Assembly: GCA_964187785.1 (NCBI GenBank) | Contig: OZ076409.1 | Coordinates: 31,188,001 to 31,252,000 of the forward strand | Direction: 5' to 3' | Source of the DNA: Amphiscolops sp. MND2022 | Taxonomy: Eukaryota | Length of the DNA stretch: 64,000 nt | Part shown: piece after piece, positions 27,101 through 39,167 of the stretch | Layout: each line of letters starts with the position of its first letter | How positions within the stretch are numbered: the stretch's first letter is position 1 | Program-made: the position numbers and the translations under genes | The notes under the pieces: generated by a model | The model's input: only the letters and a program-made list of their open reading frames with translations | What the model was told of the DNA's origin: nothing | Database searches by the model: none

Positions 27101-30100
27101 CATCCAACGTTGTTTTCGCGGAAAAACGCGTTTGAAACCGCCGGGGAGTCGCTTGTTTTTGCGTTAACTAACCTAATTCTACATTGTTCAACTTGTTTGC
27201 ATGCGCGGCAGCGCTTTCGTTGCGTTAAAACCGTTAGTGTGCAAAAAACGCGTTTTCAGCACGCATTAACGCGTTTTAGCGCATTTAACGTTAATCTCGC
27301 TGAAAAACGTGATAAAATGCAGGAAATTGTTTTATTGTGTAAAACAACTTGATTTTGCATAGTTCAAAATGAATGCATGCGCGGCAGCGCTTTCGTTGCG
27401 TTAAAACAGTTAGAGTGCAAAAATTGCGTTTTTAGCAAAAAATACCGCTGGTTATTGCATCTAACGTTCTCTTCTATAAAAAACGCATTTAAACGCGGAG
27501 AATTGCTTGTTTTTGTGTTAAGTACCCTAATTTTGAATAGTTCAACATGTTTGTTTGCGTGGCAGCGCTTTAATTGGGTTGAAACAGTCAGTGTGCAAAA
27601 TTCTTTTTAGCGCGAAAGAGCGCGTTTTAGCGCATCTAACCATGTTTTCGCTGAAAAACGCAGTAAATCGCAGGAAATGATTTTTCTGTTAAGTAACCTA
27701 ATTCTGCATAGTTCAAAAGGCTTGCATGCGCGGCAGCGCTTTCATCGCGGTAAAACAATTAGTGTGCGAAAAACGCGTTTTAGCACGGAACACCGCCTTT
27801 TAGCGCATGTAACATTGTTTTCGCGTAAAAACTTGTTTAAAAACGGGGAATCACCTGTTTTTGACTTAATAAACTTGATTTTGCATAGTTCAACATGTTT
27901 GCTTGCGTGGCAGCACTTTAATCGCATTGAAAAAATTAGTGTGCAAAAAACGCGTTTTCAGCACGCATTTACGCGCTTTAGAGCATCTAACGTTGTTTTC
28001 GCGGAAAAACGCATTTGAAACCGCCGGGGAGTCGCTTGTTTTTGCGTTAACTAACCTAATTCTACATTGTTCAACTTGTTTGCATGCGCGGCAGCGCTTT
28101 CGTTGCGTTAAAACCGTTAGTGTGCAAAAAACGCGTTTTCAGCACGCATTAACGCGTTTTAGCGCATTTAACGTTAATCTCGCTGAAAAACGTGATAAAA
28201 TGCAGGAAATTGTTTTCCTGTGTAAAACAACTTGATTTTGCATAGTTCAAAACGATTGCATGCGCGGCAGCGCTTTCGTTGCGTTAAAACAGTTAGAGTG
28301 CAAAAATTGCGTTTTAAGCGAAAAATACCGCTGGTTATTGCATCTAACGTTCTCTTCTATAAAAAACGCATTTAAACGCGGAGAATTGCTTGTTTTTGTG
28401 TTAAGTACCCTAATTTTGCATAGTTCAACATGTTTGTTTGCGTGGCAGCGCTTTAATTGGGTTGAAACAGTTGGTGTGCAAAATTCTTTCTAGCGCGAAA
28501 GAGCGCGTTTTAGCGCATCTAACCATGTTTTCGCTGAAAAACGCAGTAAATCGCAGGAAATGATTTTTCTGTTAAGTAACCTAATTCTGCATAGTTCAAA
28601 AGGCTTGCATGCGCGGCAGCGCTTTCATCGCGGTAAAACAATTAGTGTGCAAAAACGCGTTTTAGCACGGAACACCGCGTTTTAGCGCATGTAACATTGT
28701 TTTCGCGTAAAAACGCGTTTTAAAACGGGGAATCACCTGTTTTTGACTTAATAAACCTGATTCTGCATAGTTCAACATGTTTGCTTGCGTGGCAGCACTT
28801 TAATCGCATTGAAAAAGTTAGTGTGCAAAAAACGCGTTTTCAGCACGCATTTACGCGCTTTAGAGCATCTAACAATGTTTTCGCGGAAAAACGCGTTTGA
28901 AACCGCCGGGGAGTTGCTTGTTTTTGCGTTAACTAACTCAATTCTACATTGTTCAACTTGTTTGCATGCGCGGCAGCGCTTTCGTTGCGTTAAAACCGTT
29001 AGTGTGCAAAAAACGCGTTTTCAGCACGCATTAACGCGTTTTAGCGCATTTAACGTTAATCTCGCTGAAAAACGTGATAAAATGCAGGAAATTGTTTTCC
29101 TGTGTAAAACAACTTGATTTTGCATAGTTCAAAACGATTGCATGCGCGGCAGCGCTTTCGTTGCGTTAAAACAGTTAGAGTGCAAAAATTGCGTTTTAAG
29201 CGAAAAATACCGCTGGTTATTGCATCTAACGTTCTCTTCTATAAAAAACGCATTTAAACGCGGAGAATTGCTTGTTTTTGTGTTAAGTACCCTAATTTTG
29301 CATAGTTCAACATGTTTGTTTGCGTGGCAGCGCTTTAATTGGGTTGAAACAGTTGGTGTGCAAAATTCTTTTTAGCGCGAAAGAGCGCGTTTTAGCGCAT
29401 CTAACCATGTTTTCGCTGAAAAACGCAGTAAATCGCAGGAAATGATTTTTCTGTTAAGTAACCTAGTTCTGCATAGTTCAAAAGGCTTGCATGCGCGGCA
29501 GCGCTTTCATCGCGGTAAAACAATTAGTGTGCAAAAAACGCGTTTTAGCACGGAACACCGCGTTTTAGCGCATGTAACATTGTTTTCGCGTAAAAACGCG
29601 TTTAAAAACGGGGAATCACCTGTTTTTGACTTAATAAACCTGATTCTGCATAGTTCAACATGTTTGCTTGCGTGGCAGCACTTTAATCGCATTGAAAAAG
29701 TTAGTGTGCAAAAAACGCGTTTTCAGCACGCATTTACGCGCTTTAGAGCATCTAACAATGTTTTCGCGGAAAAACGCGTTTGAAACCGCCGGGGAGTTGC
29801 TTGTTTTTGCGTTAACCAACCTAATTCTACATTGTTAAACTTGTTTGCATGCGCGGCAGCGCTTTCGTTGCGTTAAAACCGTTAGTGTGCAAAAAACGCG
29901 TTTTCAGCACGCATTAACGCGTTTTAGCGCATTTAACGTTAATCTCGCTGAAAAACGTGATAAAATGCAGGAAATTGTTTTCCTGTGTAAACAACTTGAT
30001 TTTGCATAGTTCAAAATGATTGCATGCGCGGCAGCGCTTTCGTTGCGTTAAAACAGTTAGAGTGCAAAAATTGCGTTTTTAGCAAAAAATACCGCTGGTT

Positions 30101-31490
30101 ATTGCATCTAACGTTCTTTTCTATAAAAAACGCATTCAAACGCGGAGAATTGCTTGTTTTTGTGTTAAGTACCCTAATTTTGCATAGTTCAACATGTTTG
30201 TTTGCGTGGCAGCGCTTTAATTGGGTTGAAACAGTTAGTGTGCAAAATTCTTTTTAGCGCGAAAGAGCGCGTTTTAGCGCATCTAACCATGTTTTCGCTG
30301 AAAAACGCAGTAAATCGCAGGAAATGATTTTTCTGTTAAGTAACCTAATTCTGCATAGTTCAAAAGGTTTGCATGCGCGGCAGCGTTTTCATCGCGGTAA
30401 AACAATTAGTGTGCAAAAAACGCGTTTTAGCACGGAACACCGCGTTTTAGCGCATGTAACATTGTTTTCGCGTAAAAACGCGTTTAAAAACGGGGAATCA
30501 CCTGTTTTTGACCTAATAAACCTAATTATGCATTGTTCAACATGTTTGCACGCGCGGCAGCGCTTTCATTGCGTTAAAACAGTTAGTGTGCAAAAAAACG
30601 CGTTTTCAGCACGCATTAACGCGTTTTAGCGCATCTAACGTTAATTTCGCTGAAAAACGTGGTAAAACGCAGGAAATTGCCTTTCTGTGTAACAACCTAA
30701 TTCTGCCTAGTTCAAAATGATTGCATGCGCGGCAGCGCTTTCGTTGCGTTAAAACAGTTAGTGTGCAAAAAACGCGTTTTTAGCGCGAAATACCGCTGGT
30801 TACCGCATCTAAAGTTCTTCTCTCAAAAAAAGGCGTTTAAACGCGAAAAATTGCTTGTTTTTGTGTTAAGTACTCTATTTTTCCACGGTTCAACTTATTC
30901 GCATGCGTGGCAGCGCTTCGATTGCGTTGAAACAGTTAGTGTGCAGAAAACGCTTTTTTTAGCACGCAACAACTCGTTTTAGAGCATCGTACGTTGTTTT
31001 TGCGGAAAAGCGCGTTTGAAACCGCCGGGGAGTCGCTTGTTTCTGCGTTAACTAATCTAATTCTACATTGTTCAACATGTTTGATTGCGTGGCAGCAGTT
31101 TAATTGCGTTGAAAAAGTTAGTGTGCAAAAAACGCGTTTTCAGGAACCATTTACGCGCTTTAGAGCATCTAACGTTGTTTTCGTGGAAAAGCGCGTTTGA
31201 AACCGGGGTGTCGCTTGTTTTTGCGTTAGCTAACCTGATTTTACAGTGTTTAACATAATTGTTTGCGCGGCGCTTTCATTGCGTTAAAACAGTTAGTGCG
31301 CGAAAAACGCGTTTTTAGCGCAAAATACCGCTGACTAACGCATCTAACGTTGTTTTCACTAGGAAACGCGTTTAAACGCGGGGAACTGCTTCTTTTTGTG
31401 TTAACTAACGTAAATCAACATTGTTCAACATGTTTGCCTGCGTGGCAGCGCTTTCATTGCGTTGCGTTAGAACAGTTAGTGTGCGAAAAA
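6184..31490 (+). repeat. ~178-bp monomer satellite DNA array (~140 monomers) with higher-order repeats
   Basis: Monomer consensus ttgcttgcgtggcagcgctttcattgcgttaaaacagttagtgtgcaaaaaacgcg...cctaattctacattgttcaacatgt (~178 bp) repeats head-to-tail. Offsets between recurring ORFs give periods of 713, 1425, 860-883 and 357 bp. Confidence 0.97.
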
Positions 31491-33269
31491 TGACTGACGT
31501 CCTAGAGGAATGGAATTTGGTGGAATCGTAGTACAGGCGTCTATTGGTGAAAGTTCTCCAGGTTCAAAAACTTTATTTCGGTTGCTCCAAATTTTGTGTG
31601 CAATCATTTGCAAGTATTACTACTAGCCTTCTGCAACTAGGGGTGTGCTTTTGTACCCATTTAATGCGAAAAAAGTGCGTTTTATCATGTATTTTCGGCA
31701 AAAAGTGCCTATTTTGGCCATTTCGATGCAAAAGACCTACGTGAGCGCGAGCGCTCTTGGTGCTAGCAGAAGAAAGGAATAGCTCAGAATCCCTGTGGAT
31801 TCGTGCGAAATGCGTGGATACACTCAAGGTTCCCTATCAGAGCACTTAGAGTAGAATTTGTGAGAAAAAATCCCGTTTTTTAAAAATTGAGCACAACTGG
31901 CGCCAAAATTTTTTGGGGAACATGTCTAGGGATTCTTGAACATCCCCGAATGGCTACTATTATTTTGAGGTACACTTCGTAATACCAAATACAATTCATT
32001 CTAGCCCTTACTACTTTCCGAGAAAAAGTACAAAAACTGCGATTTTGAGGTTTTTCGGAAGTATTACTAAGTGAAACCTAGATTGACTACTGACTACTCC
32101 TCCTACATGTAATATAGCCCCCGGGCTATTGTTTTCAGTTACTACATAAGTTTTTACGATCTGTGGCGAAAACCGCATACAAAAACTCCTTTTCAGTGTT
32201 GAGAAAAATTAGAAAACACACTGAAAAACCCAAATTTTTCATAATCTCGGACTGTCTCTGAGTTGGGGTCGAATCATTAATTCTGGAACCTTAACCAAAA
32301 CGTGGTTGTATTTTAGTAGCCACCACCAAAAAAAACGCTAGTGCCAAAATTTTGGTGGGCGTAACGTTCACCAAAGTCGAGCAAACTCTCTGACGTTTCG
32401 ACCTCAGAAAGCCGAAAAAGAGCTGAAAAAATCCAAAACTGGACGATTGTCGGTGCCTATTACCTAACGGAAACGGTCAATTGGAGGTCTACCCCAGTGC
32501 TACGAACAGCAGGGCTACACGTTGATTTCATTTTGCAAGCCGTACCACTTCTTGAGGTGACCTTCTTAGCCAATTTGAAAAAAAATAGTCAATATTCAAT
32601 ATTTGCTAGTACACATTGCTCACATGGGGTTGAATATTTAATTAGGCGTCCGCGCTTAAACTGAAACATGCCTGTGGCCTTGTGGACGGCTGTTGGTATC
32701 GGTTATTGAGTTTGGTACGAAATTTTGCATTTTTTTGTTGAGAAATTGACGAATTTAAACTGCATAGAAAAGCGAACTGAAAGACAATTTTTCTGAAAAC
32801 TATCCAAGTGAACCCGGCACCTAAATTGAAAAGTGAAACCTTATCGCTACTTACCATCGTAATTGGTGCTAGTAAACGCGTTGTTGTAGGAAATTGGATC
32901 CTTCTAGCTTTTGTCATTGTCTCGCAATTTGGAAGTAAGCATGGAAAACAGTAACCTAAGTAGTATAGGGTACCGCACGTCCAAATTGACATCAATCTTG
33001 AAATAAGTACTTCAGTTCAAATCAAATCTTACACTAGTGTTGTTAACCCATCACAAGAGTGTGTGGTCAATTTTAAAACGTATCCGACGTTTTGACGCTG
33101 AGTACGAGCAACTTTAGTGTTTTTGAAGAAATATTTGAAAACTCGAAAATCGTCTAAAAACTTAACGACGCGCGAACTAACGGTTCAATAGGCCCCGAAC
33201 GCACGTTTTTTAACCCCACGCATCCGTACCAACACGTTGTGCAGTTTTTGTGTCACTACGACTCCTAGA

Positions 33270-34928
33270 TCTATATTTTTTGAGACGCGAAAAGCACGAT
33301 GCGACCGAGAGCATCAAGCGATAGTTGAAGAAATTGAACCTGTCCAAAGTGAACTACGATCTTCAACTAAGCGAGGGGAACAAGGGCAAGAGATCCAAAC
33401 TGCGCGGATGGATGCTATGGACTATCGAATGGCGGAAATGAAAGATTTACAGGCGCAAAGAGAGGTTCGCATAGAGGCCCAAAGGAAAGAAGTGTGCATT
33501 CAAATTCAGGCGATGGGGACTATGCTCAAAAATATCCAACCCCGACCGACCGGTAGTACCATCAAAGACCTGTTGCAGGACACTGAAATATCGCTGCAAA
33601 AATCCACGAAGAATGTCACTCTCAAACCCATGGAGGATGCAATGATCGTAGCAAAACTTTTCGGTTCGAGGCACCTTTTGACGAAATATCCGCCTCAGCA
33701 TCCACTCCACTCAACCAGCGTAGAACCAGCATCGACGAGCAAGCTTATTCCGCTAACGGCAGAACCTAGCAAGAAGGAACCTATCAATGACGTAATAACC
33801 ATTGAGACCTGGAGCTTGGGTATGACCGGCTTGGGAGAGCCAACATATACTGTGGACCTGAGAGAGCCCACAAGTACCGGCAGGCCGACCGATGCTGTGT
33901 GTCCTTTTCAAACTGCGAATGCAACCCAAGGGGAAACAACTGCTGAATACCATACTGCGGACAACGGGTTGCCCCCGGGCAACCCCCGTGCCAGCTGCAC
34001 CAGACGTAAAGAAGCAACGATCCCAGAAACCCTGGCGACTCTATCAATTCTACACGGGGTAGTAGCCTCCTACCGCCCGCTGCCAACGAAAAGACATATA
34101 TATCCCCGGAACAACTTAGATTCATCGAGGCGATATACAAGGCCATGTCGTAGGAGCTTGCACCACTGATTGCCAACTGGGACCAAACAAGGATCCGACC
34201 TACCATTTACAAGGGCACTAAGGATGGCACAAATGATGGCTGGCTTCCCCTTATGAAGCGATTTCTTGAGAGGGTGCACTCTAAATCGACTAAAATTGAT
34301 AAGACTTGGGCAATCATTGACCGCCTGGAAGGAGAAGCAAGGAATTATATCATCAATAAGTCCGATGCCGAGAGGGACGAACCAGACAAAGTCTTCGCCC
34401 TGCTAGCTAGTCGATTTGGGACGGGAGGCAATCGCATGCAAGTGTGACAATCCTTCATGGCTCGCATCCAACTACAGGAGGAAGACTGGATGCAATTTCT
34501 GGATGCTCTGGAAGGCTTGCGCACCCAAAGCTTCCCGGACGAGCCCATCACCACGGGTCGTTACGGAATCCTGCAACGTTTCATCGATGGCGTTAGCAAC
34601 CCAACGCTGCAACAGGAGCTGTCCGTAGTATACGCAGCAGAAAGTTGTGGTATCTGACCGACCCACCCACGGTAGAGTCCTTGAGGTTTACGACGCGGCA
34701 ACTTCGACGACATCGGCCTGCAACATCCAAACCCTAAGATACCAGGTATGCAATGCGGTCAAGGCCTCATCCTTTCGTGCCAGGAAAGATAGTCGATCCG
34801 GCACCAGGCCTACCACAGAATGTGCTACCACCAAACCCGGGACAGCGGGATGCAAAGCAATCCCCGATTATACCACCAGGTCCAGCGATAGGTGAGGACG
34901 AGGTTCGGGTGAAACAAGCGCCAGTGCC
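33270..34928 (+). pseudogene. Decayed Ty3/gypsy-like LTR retrotransposon gag
   Basis: Coiled-coil N-terminal part, then capsid-like KTWAIIDRLEGEARNYI...VFALLASRFG...RIQLQEEDWMQFLDALEGL...LQRFIDGV (major-homology-region-like QxxxExxxxFxxxL) and a Pro-rich tail. Frameshifts and an in-frame TGA at 34445. Truncated at 34929. Confidence 0.75.
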
Positions 34929-35240
34929 CATTACGATACACGTACCGGTAAGCTGCTGTCAGTCAAGCTGCGTAATCTGAGTAAAATGGTAAAATGGTCA
35001 TTCAGCGTAAGTTAGTCAAGACGGTCTATGCTTCAACGGTGTAGCAAAATCAACGCGCGTAATGGAAAATTGTGTAAGTTAGTCAAAACACGTAATTAGA
35101 AAAAAGCGGAAGTTAGTCCAAAAATATTCTTTTTCGTAAGTCAGTCAAAACGTTGACTAACTTCCACTTTTTGCAAATTGAGGGACTCCTATACTTCCGA
35201 AAAGTGGAATGTGGTCAAAGTTTTGACTAACTTACACCAT
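34929..35240 (+). mobile_element. CACTA/EnSpm-like transposon terminus with subterminal repeats (candidate left end of a large element)
   Basis: Begins CATTACGATAC, the same terminal 11 bp as the 2146 MITE, exactly where gag coding stops. AAGTTAGTCAA recurs at ~35009, 35076, 35109, 35138 and inverted at ~35153 and 35223. Confidence 0.6.
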
Positions 35241-35997
35241 CTTTATATGCATTCAAAACTCAGTGTTCATTTTAATTCTAATTCATACCACAGCATCATA
35301 AACCAGTCAAAGTAAACAATGATTCAATAAATAATTAGTTAACATTACTGAGCTCTACCGTGCATAGTACGTATAAACTGCATTCAATGCAAGTTGCACA
35401 CGTGAACACGTGTGTTTCATCCACGCATTTACGTGCAAATAAAATACCTTGTAGCTTCTAATTAGTACAATTGATTGATCTGTGAACAGATTTCCTATTT
35501 TAACAAAACAATTTCAAAGCAGCCCTCATTAATAGTTGCCTAACTAATTTTAATTTTGGTCCCTGTCGTGAGCACAGTCACCGGAATGATTGGTTAACTT
35601 GTTATTTTGGTCTGGGTATTTTGAGCCAGGGTATTGGCAAGGATCTATTTTGATCCCTGTCGTGAGCAACATCAAGAAAAGTTGTAACAAATAATCTATA
35701 CGAAGTTGAAACTTTATCAAACCGAAAACAGTAGTATATGGAATACCGATCTTGAATTATTGAACTAAAAACGAAGTTTGGACCATGTGCCTTATCCTCC
35801 CTCAGATAAATACTGTTTCTTATCCAACAACACCCCCCCCCATCCTTCAATTGGTCAAATGGAAAAGAGGATGAGAGAATTGATTTCAAAATTGAATTAC
35901 TTTGTATCATGGTTAAGCATTAAATTGAATTGAACGTTACATATACGGTACATGTATGTTTTAAAAGTTTATGAATGTGTGCAAAGCAGCGGCAAGT

Positions 35998-36703
35998 GGG
36001 GATGTTGGCGCGGTGGATAAGTCCATCGGATGTGACTGTTAGTCACTGAGTACCACAGGATCGATCCCAGCCATTAGCACACTGGCGAATCGATACATAC
36101 AACTCTTACAAAGATACCCTTCATATTTGGCAGCTCATGTCTCCGAATATTCCACATTGAAGGTATCAGCACCGCTGCAACATCCTTTTTGATGAGAGGA
36201 ACTCCAAGGTTTGACCTTGTTCTGTGCCGCAACTTTGTGTGCCCCACAAATGATGCAATGATGATTGCTAATGATTGCAATGATTAGAGATGGCGAGATA
36301 CTAGTATCCAAATTCTGGCACCCATTCCTGGCTGCCGATGATATTCATAAAACTCTCACAAAGACACCCTTCCTATTCGGCGTCTCATGTTGCCGAATTT
36401 TCCACATTGATGGTATTAACACCGCCGAAATATCCTTTTTGATGAGAGGAACTTTGATGGTGAATTCCCAAATAACATAAGAGCAAATAACATAAAAACG
36501 AAATTAGTTTCAAATAACATAAAAATGAAATGAGTTTGACTAAACATAAAAATAAAGTTGTTTACGAGAAGGTTTTAGCTGTCAAAAGCATTCACAATTC
36601 AAAAGATTCACTCAAAAAAGTATGAAAATTACAAATAAAATTTCGTGAGTTCGATTACTTAACCGGGTATTCGGTTTTATTTTTGTTATTTGAACCTAAT
36701 TTT

Positions 36704-36773
<70 letters not shown>

Positions 36774-36900
36774 AAAATCCCACATTGAAGGTATCAACAC
36801 CGCTGTAACATCCTTGTAGTAGTAGTATTAATAGTAGAAAATCCCACATTGAAGGTATTAACACCGCTGTAACATCCTTGTTGATGAGAGGAACTCTTGA
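35998..36900 (+). mobile_element. tRNA-derived SINE-like element with duplicated body segments
   Basis: A-box-like TGGCGCGGTGG, hairpin GTGAC-TGTTA-GTCAC and B-box-like GGATCGATCCC. The segment ccacattgaaggtatcaacaccgctg...gatgagaggaact recurs at ~36152, 36402, 36779 and 36844. Confidence 0.55.
36704..36773. repeat. (GTA)n microsatellite, ~23 units
   Basis: Perfect trinucleotide run, the same motif as the large TAC tracts but on the opposite strand. Confidence 0.97.
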
Positions 36901-39167
36901 ATGTAAACTTCCTTAAAAAGTTTAGACCGGTCCGATTAACTGTTTAAACTGATTGATTACGCAAAAATAGTGTGAAGAATGTTTGTATCTCAAATTGAGA
37001 TTCTCAATTCCAAACTCTCACTTTGAAAAAAAATTAAATTTATGGTTTCTAGTTTGTATTCAACTTGAATACAACTAGAAACCATCAATTTAATTTTTTT
37101 CAAAGTGAGAGTTTGGAATTGAGATACAAACATTCTTTTTTTGAAATCTTCTGATCTTTTTTTGATACCTGTCGTGAGCTTCAGCAAAAACTGTTCCGAA
37201 AAATTGTTTTTTCGATTAACTGTACTCTTTTGTACGAAAGAAAGGAAAGTAAAGACAAGATTAAAAAGCCATTAGTGTAAAAGTAACCCGCTTTTGAGTT
37301 TTGTAAACGAACGATTTTCATAAATCAGGGAAGTTTACAGAAGTGTAGTTCCAAACTGAACGAACTGTTTCATTCTTTTGTTTACCATTCATCAATCAAA
37401 TTTTAAGTTGTTACAGCTACTCATGGTTTTCTTTAAAGATGCGAATAAGTCCTACCTTATAAGGTAACGAAAGTTTCACTCATCATGAGTGATGATCAGC
37501 TCTCATTTCCTTATAAGGTACGCGCTGTCCCATTTCTCTGAAAAAGCTACCTTATTACCTTATTTGGTCAATACGGTGATTCATCGTTGACGAACAAGCG
37601 TGCGCGTACTACCTTATTTGGTCAGTAAGTGCCTGCTTTAAAGTATTTCAAGTTTGATCGCGGTAAAATTCCAATTAAATTGGCGGTTATCAGATCTTCT
37701 CGAAGAGACCAATTTCCCTTATGAGTAGGCATTGGATTTATTTGGAAATTACAGTAGTAGCAGAAGCATACAAAAAAAAATGGATACCATTTGGTTGATG
37801 GCTGGACAATACGGAAAAAAAATACGGAAGAAGCGTTGAATATGTGAAAGTAAAAACAGTCTTTACTTCTGAGTCAGAAATAAATACTGTTTTTATTTTC
37901 ACATATTCAACGCTTCTTCCGTATTCTGAGAAGTACTGAGATTAGTGATTGTTAATCGTGTCGCTTCTCAGAAACGTCAGTTTAGCTAAGTATTGAATAA
38001 TTTCTATCAAAATAGATATAAACTTATGTAAGGCGAAATATGGAGAAACATGACATTTGGATACAAATAAATCCTAAGCCTACTCATGATTGTTCGCTAT
38101 GGATGAATCAAATGAAGATGTTTGGAATTTGGCAGTCAGAATTTGTAACAGACAGCAATATCATTGACTTGTTGGTAAATATGAACGCCAATGCGAATTC
38201 TAAAATTGATGATTGACACTTCAATAGTGATTCTTTCTCACCACTGTTACAATACGCTTCTGACAGCAGAAAGTGGTTCGCAATACTAGCCCCGAGAAGA
38301 AAAGTTTAGCTCCGAAATTTATCATTACTAGAAAAGCAAAACGGTTGACCGTTGAATCCTCTCCCTTTACAGAAGTTTCAACAGTGTTAGTAGGTAAGAT
38401 ATTGATAGTTTTGTTTCCTTTCCGTAGTATTCAGCTATCTAAAAATTTATTCTCTTCACTAAAAGCTTTAAATATAGTATATCTTCAAACAAACGCCGGT
38501 TTCACCTCCTTTGGAAAAACGAATAATTCTTCTATATTGAATCTGAATCAGTTACTAAGGAACTGGATATAAGTTGAGTCGGACACTTTTCAATGTCCCT
38601 CATATTATCGTCACGGCTGTGATCACGCTCACGGCAGGGACCAAAGTTCAGAAATTTGATTGAGAGTAAAAACATTTATGGTAAACAAGGTAACTCAGTA
38701 ACAAACAAAATCCTGAAATTTGGTCCCTGTCGTGAGCGCAATGTTATTAAACAATTCATTAACTTGTCAGCATAACAACAAATACTGTCTGCCAGACAAC
38801 AGTGGCCGACAATAGTTGACAAATTGTTTAATGCGTAAATTTAATCATTAAATTTACGCATTAAACAATTTATCAATTATTGTCGGCCAGACAGTGATGA
38901 TGAATTGTTTAATGATAAATTGTTTAAACTGAGTTGCAGCTAATTTTGGTCCCTGGTGTAAGCGCCTGATGTAATAAAACGTTCCTATGACTAAAATGAC
39001 TCCGATGACTTCTGATCAAGGAAAACGCTAATTTGAAAATTCCATTTTGTAATTTTTGTATTTATGATACTTTTATTAAAAAAAATGCAATAATCATGAT
39101 CGTAATCATTTGAGGATCACACCATTTGAATATCATGAGAAAAGTTACATGACAAATGAAGTTGAAA

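Noticed and set aside
6184..31490. Dozens of 60-200 aa ORFs in the satellite
   Set aside because: They are recurrent translations of the 178-bp monomer in all frames, with no protein-like features.
31500..33270. Possible TIR element or LTR between satellite and gag (GGAATCGTAGT ... ACTACGACTCC)
   Set aside because: The inverted match is short and imperfect, with no TSD, second LTR or PBS visible; left unannotated.
35998..36080. Possible tRNA-Asn(GTT) gene
   Set aside because: Extra bases before the anticodon stem, a degenerate T-loop and no acceptor-stem pairing; better explained as a SINE head.
37950..38580. Possible additional degraded gene
   Set aside because: Only short ORFs with no recognisable motif or consistent splice pattern.
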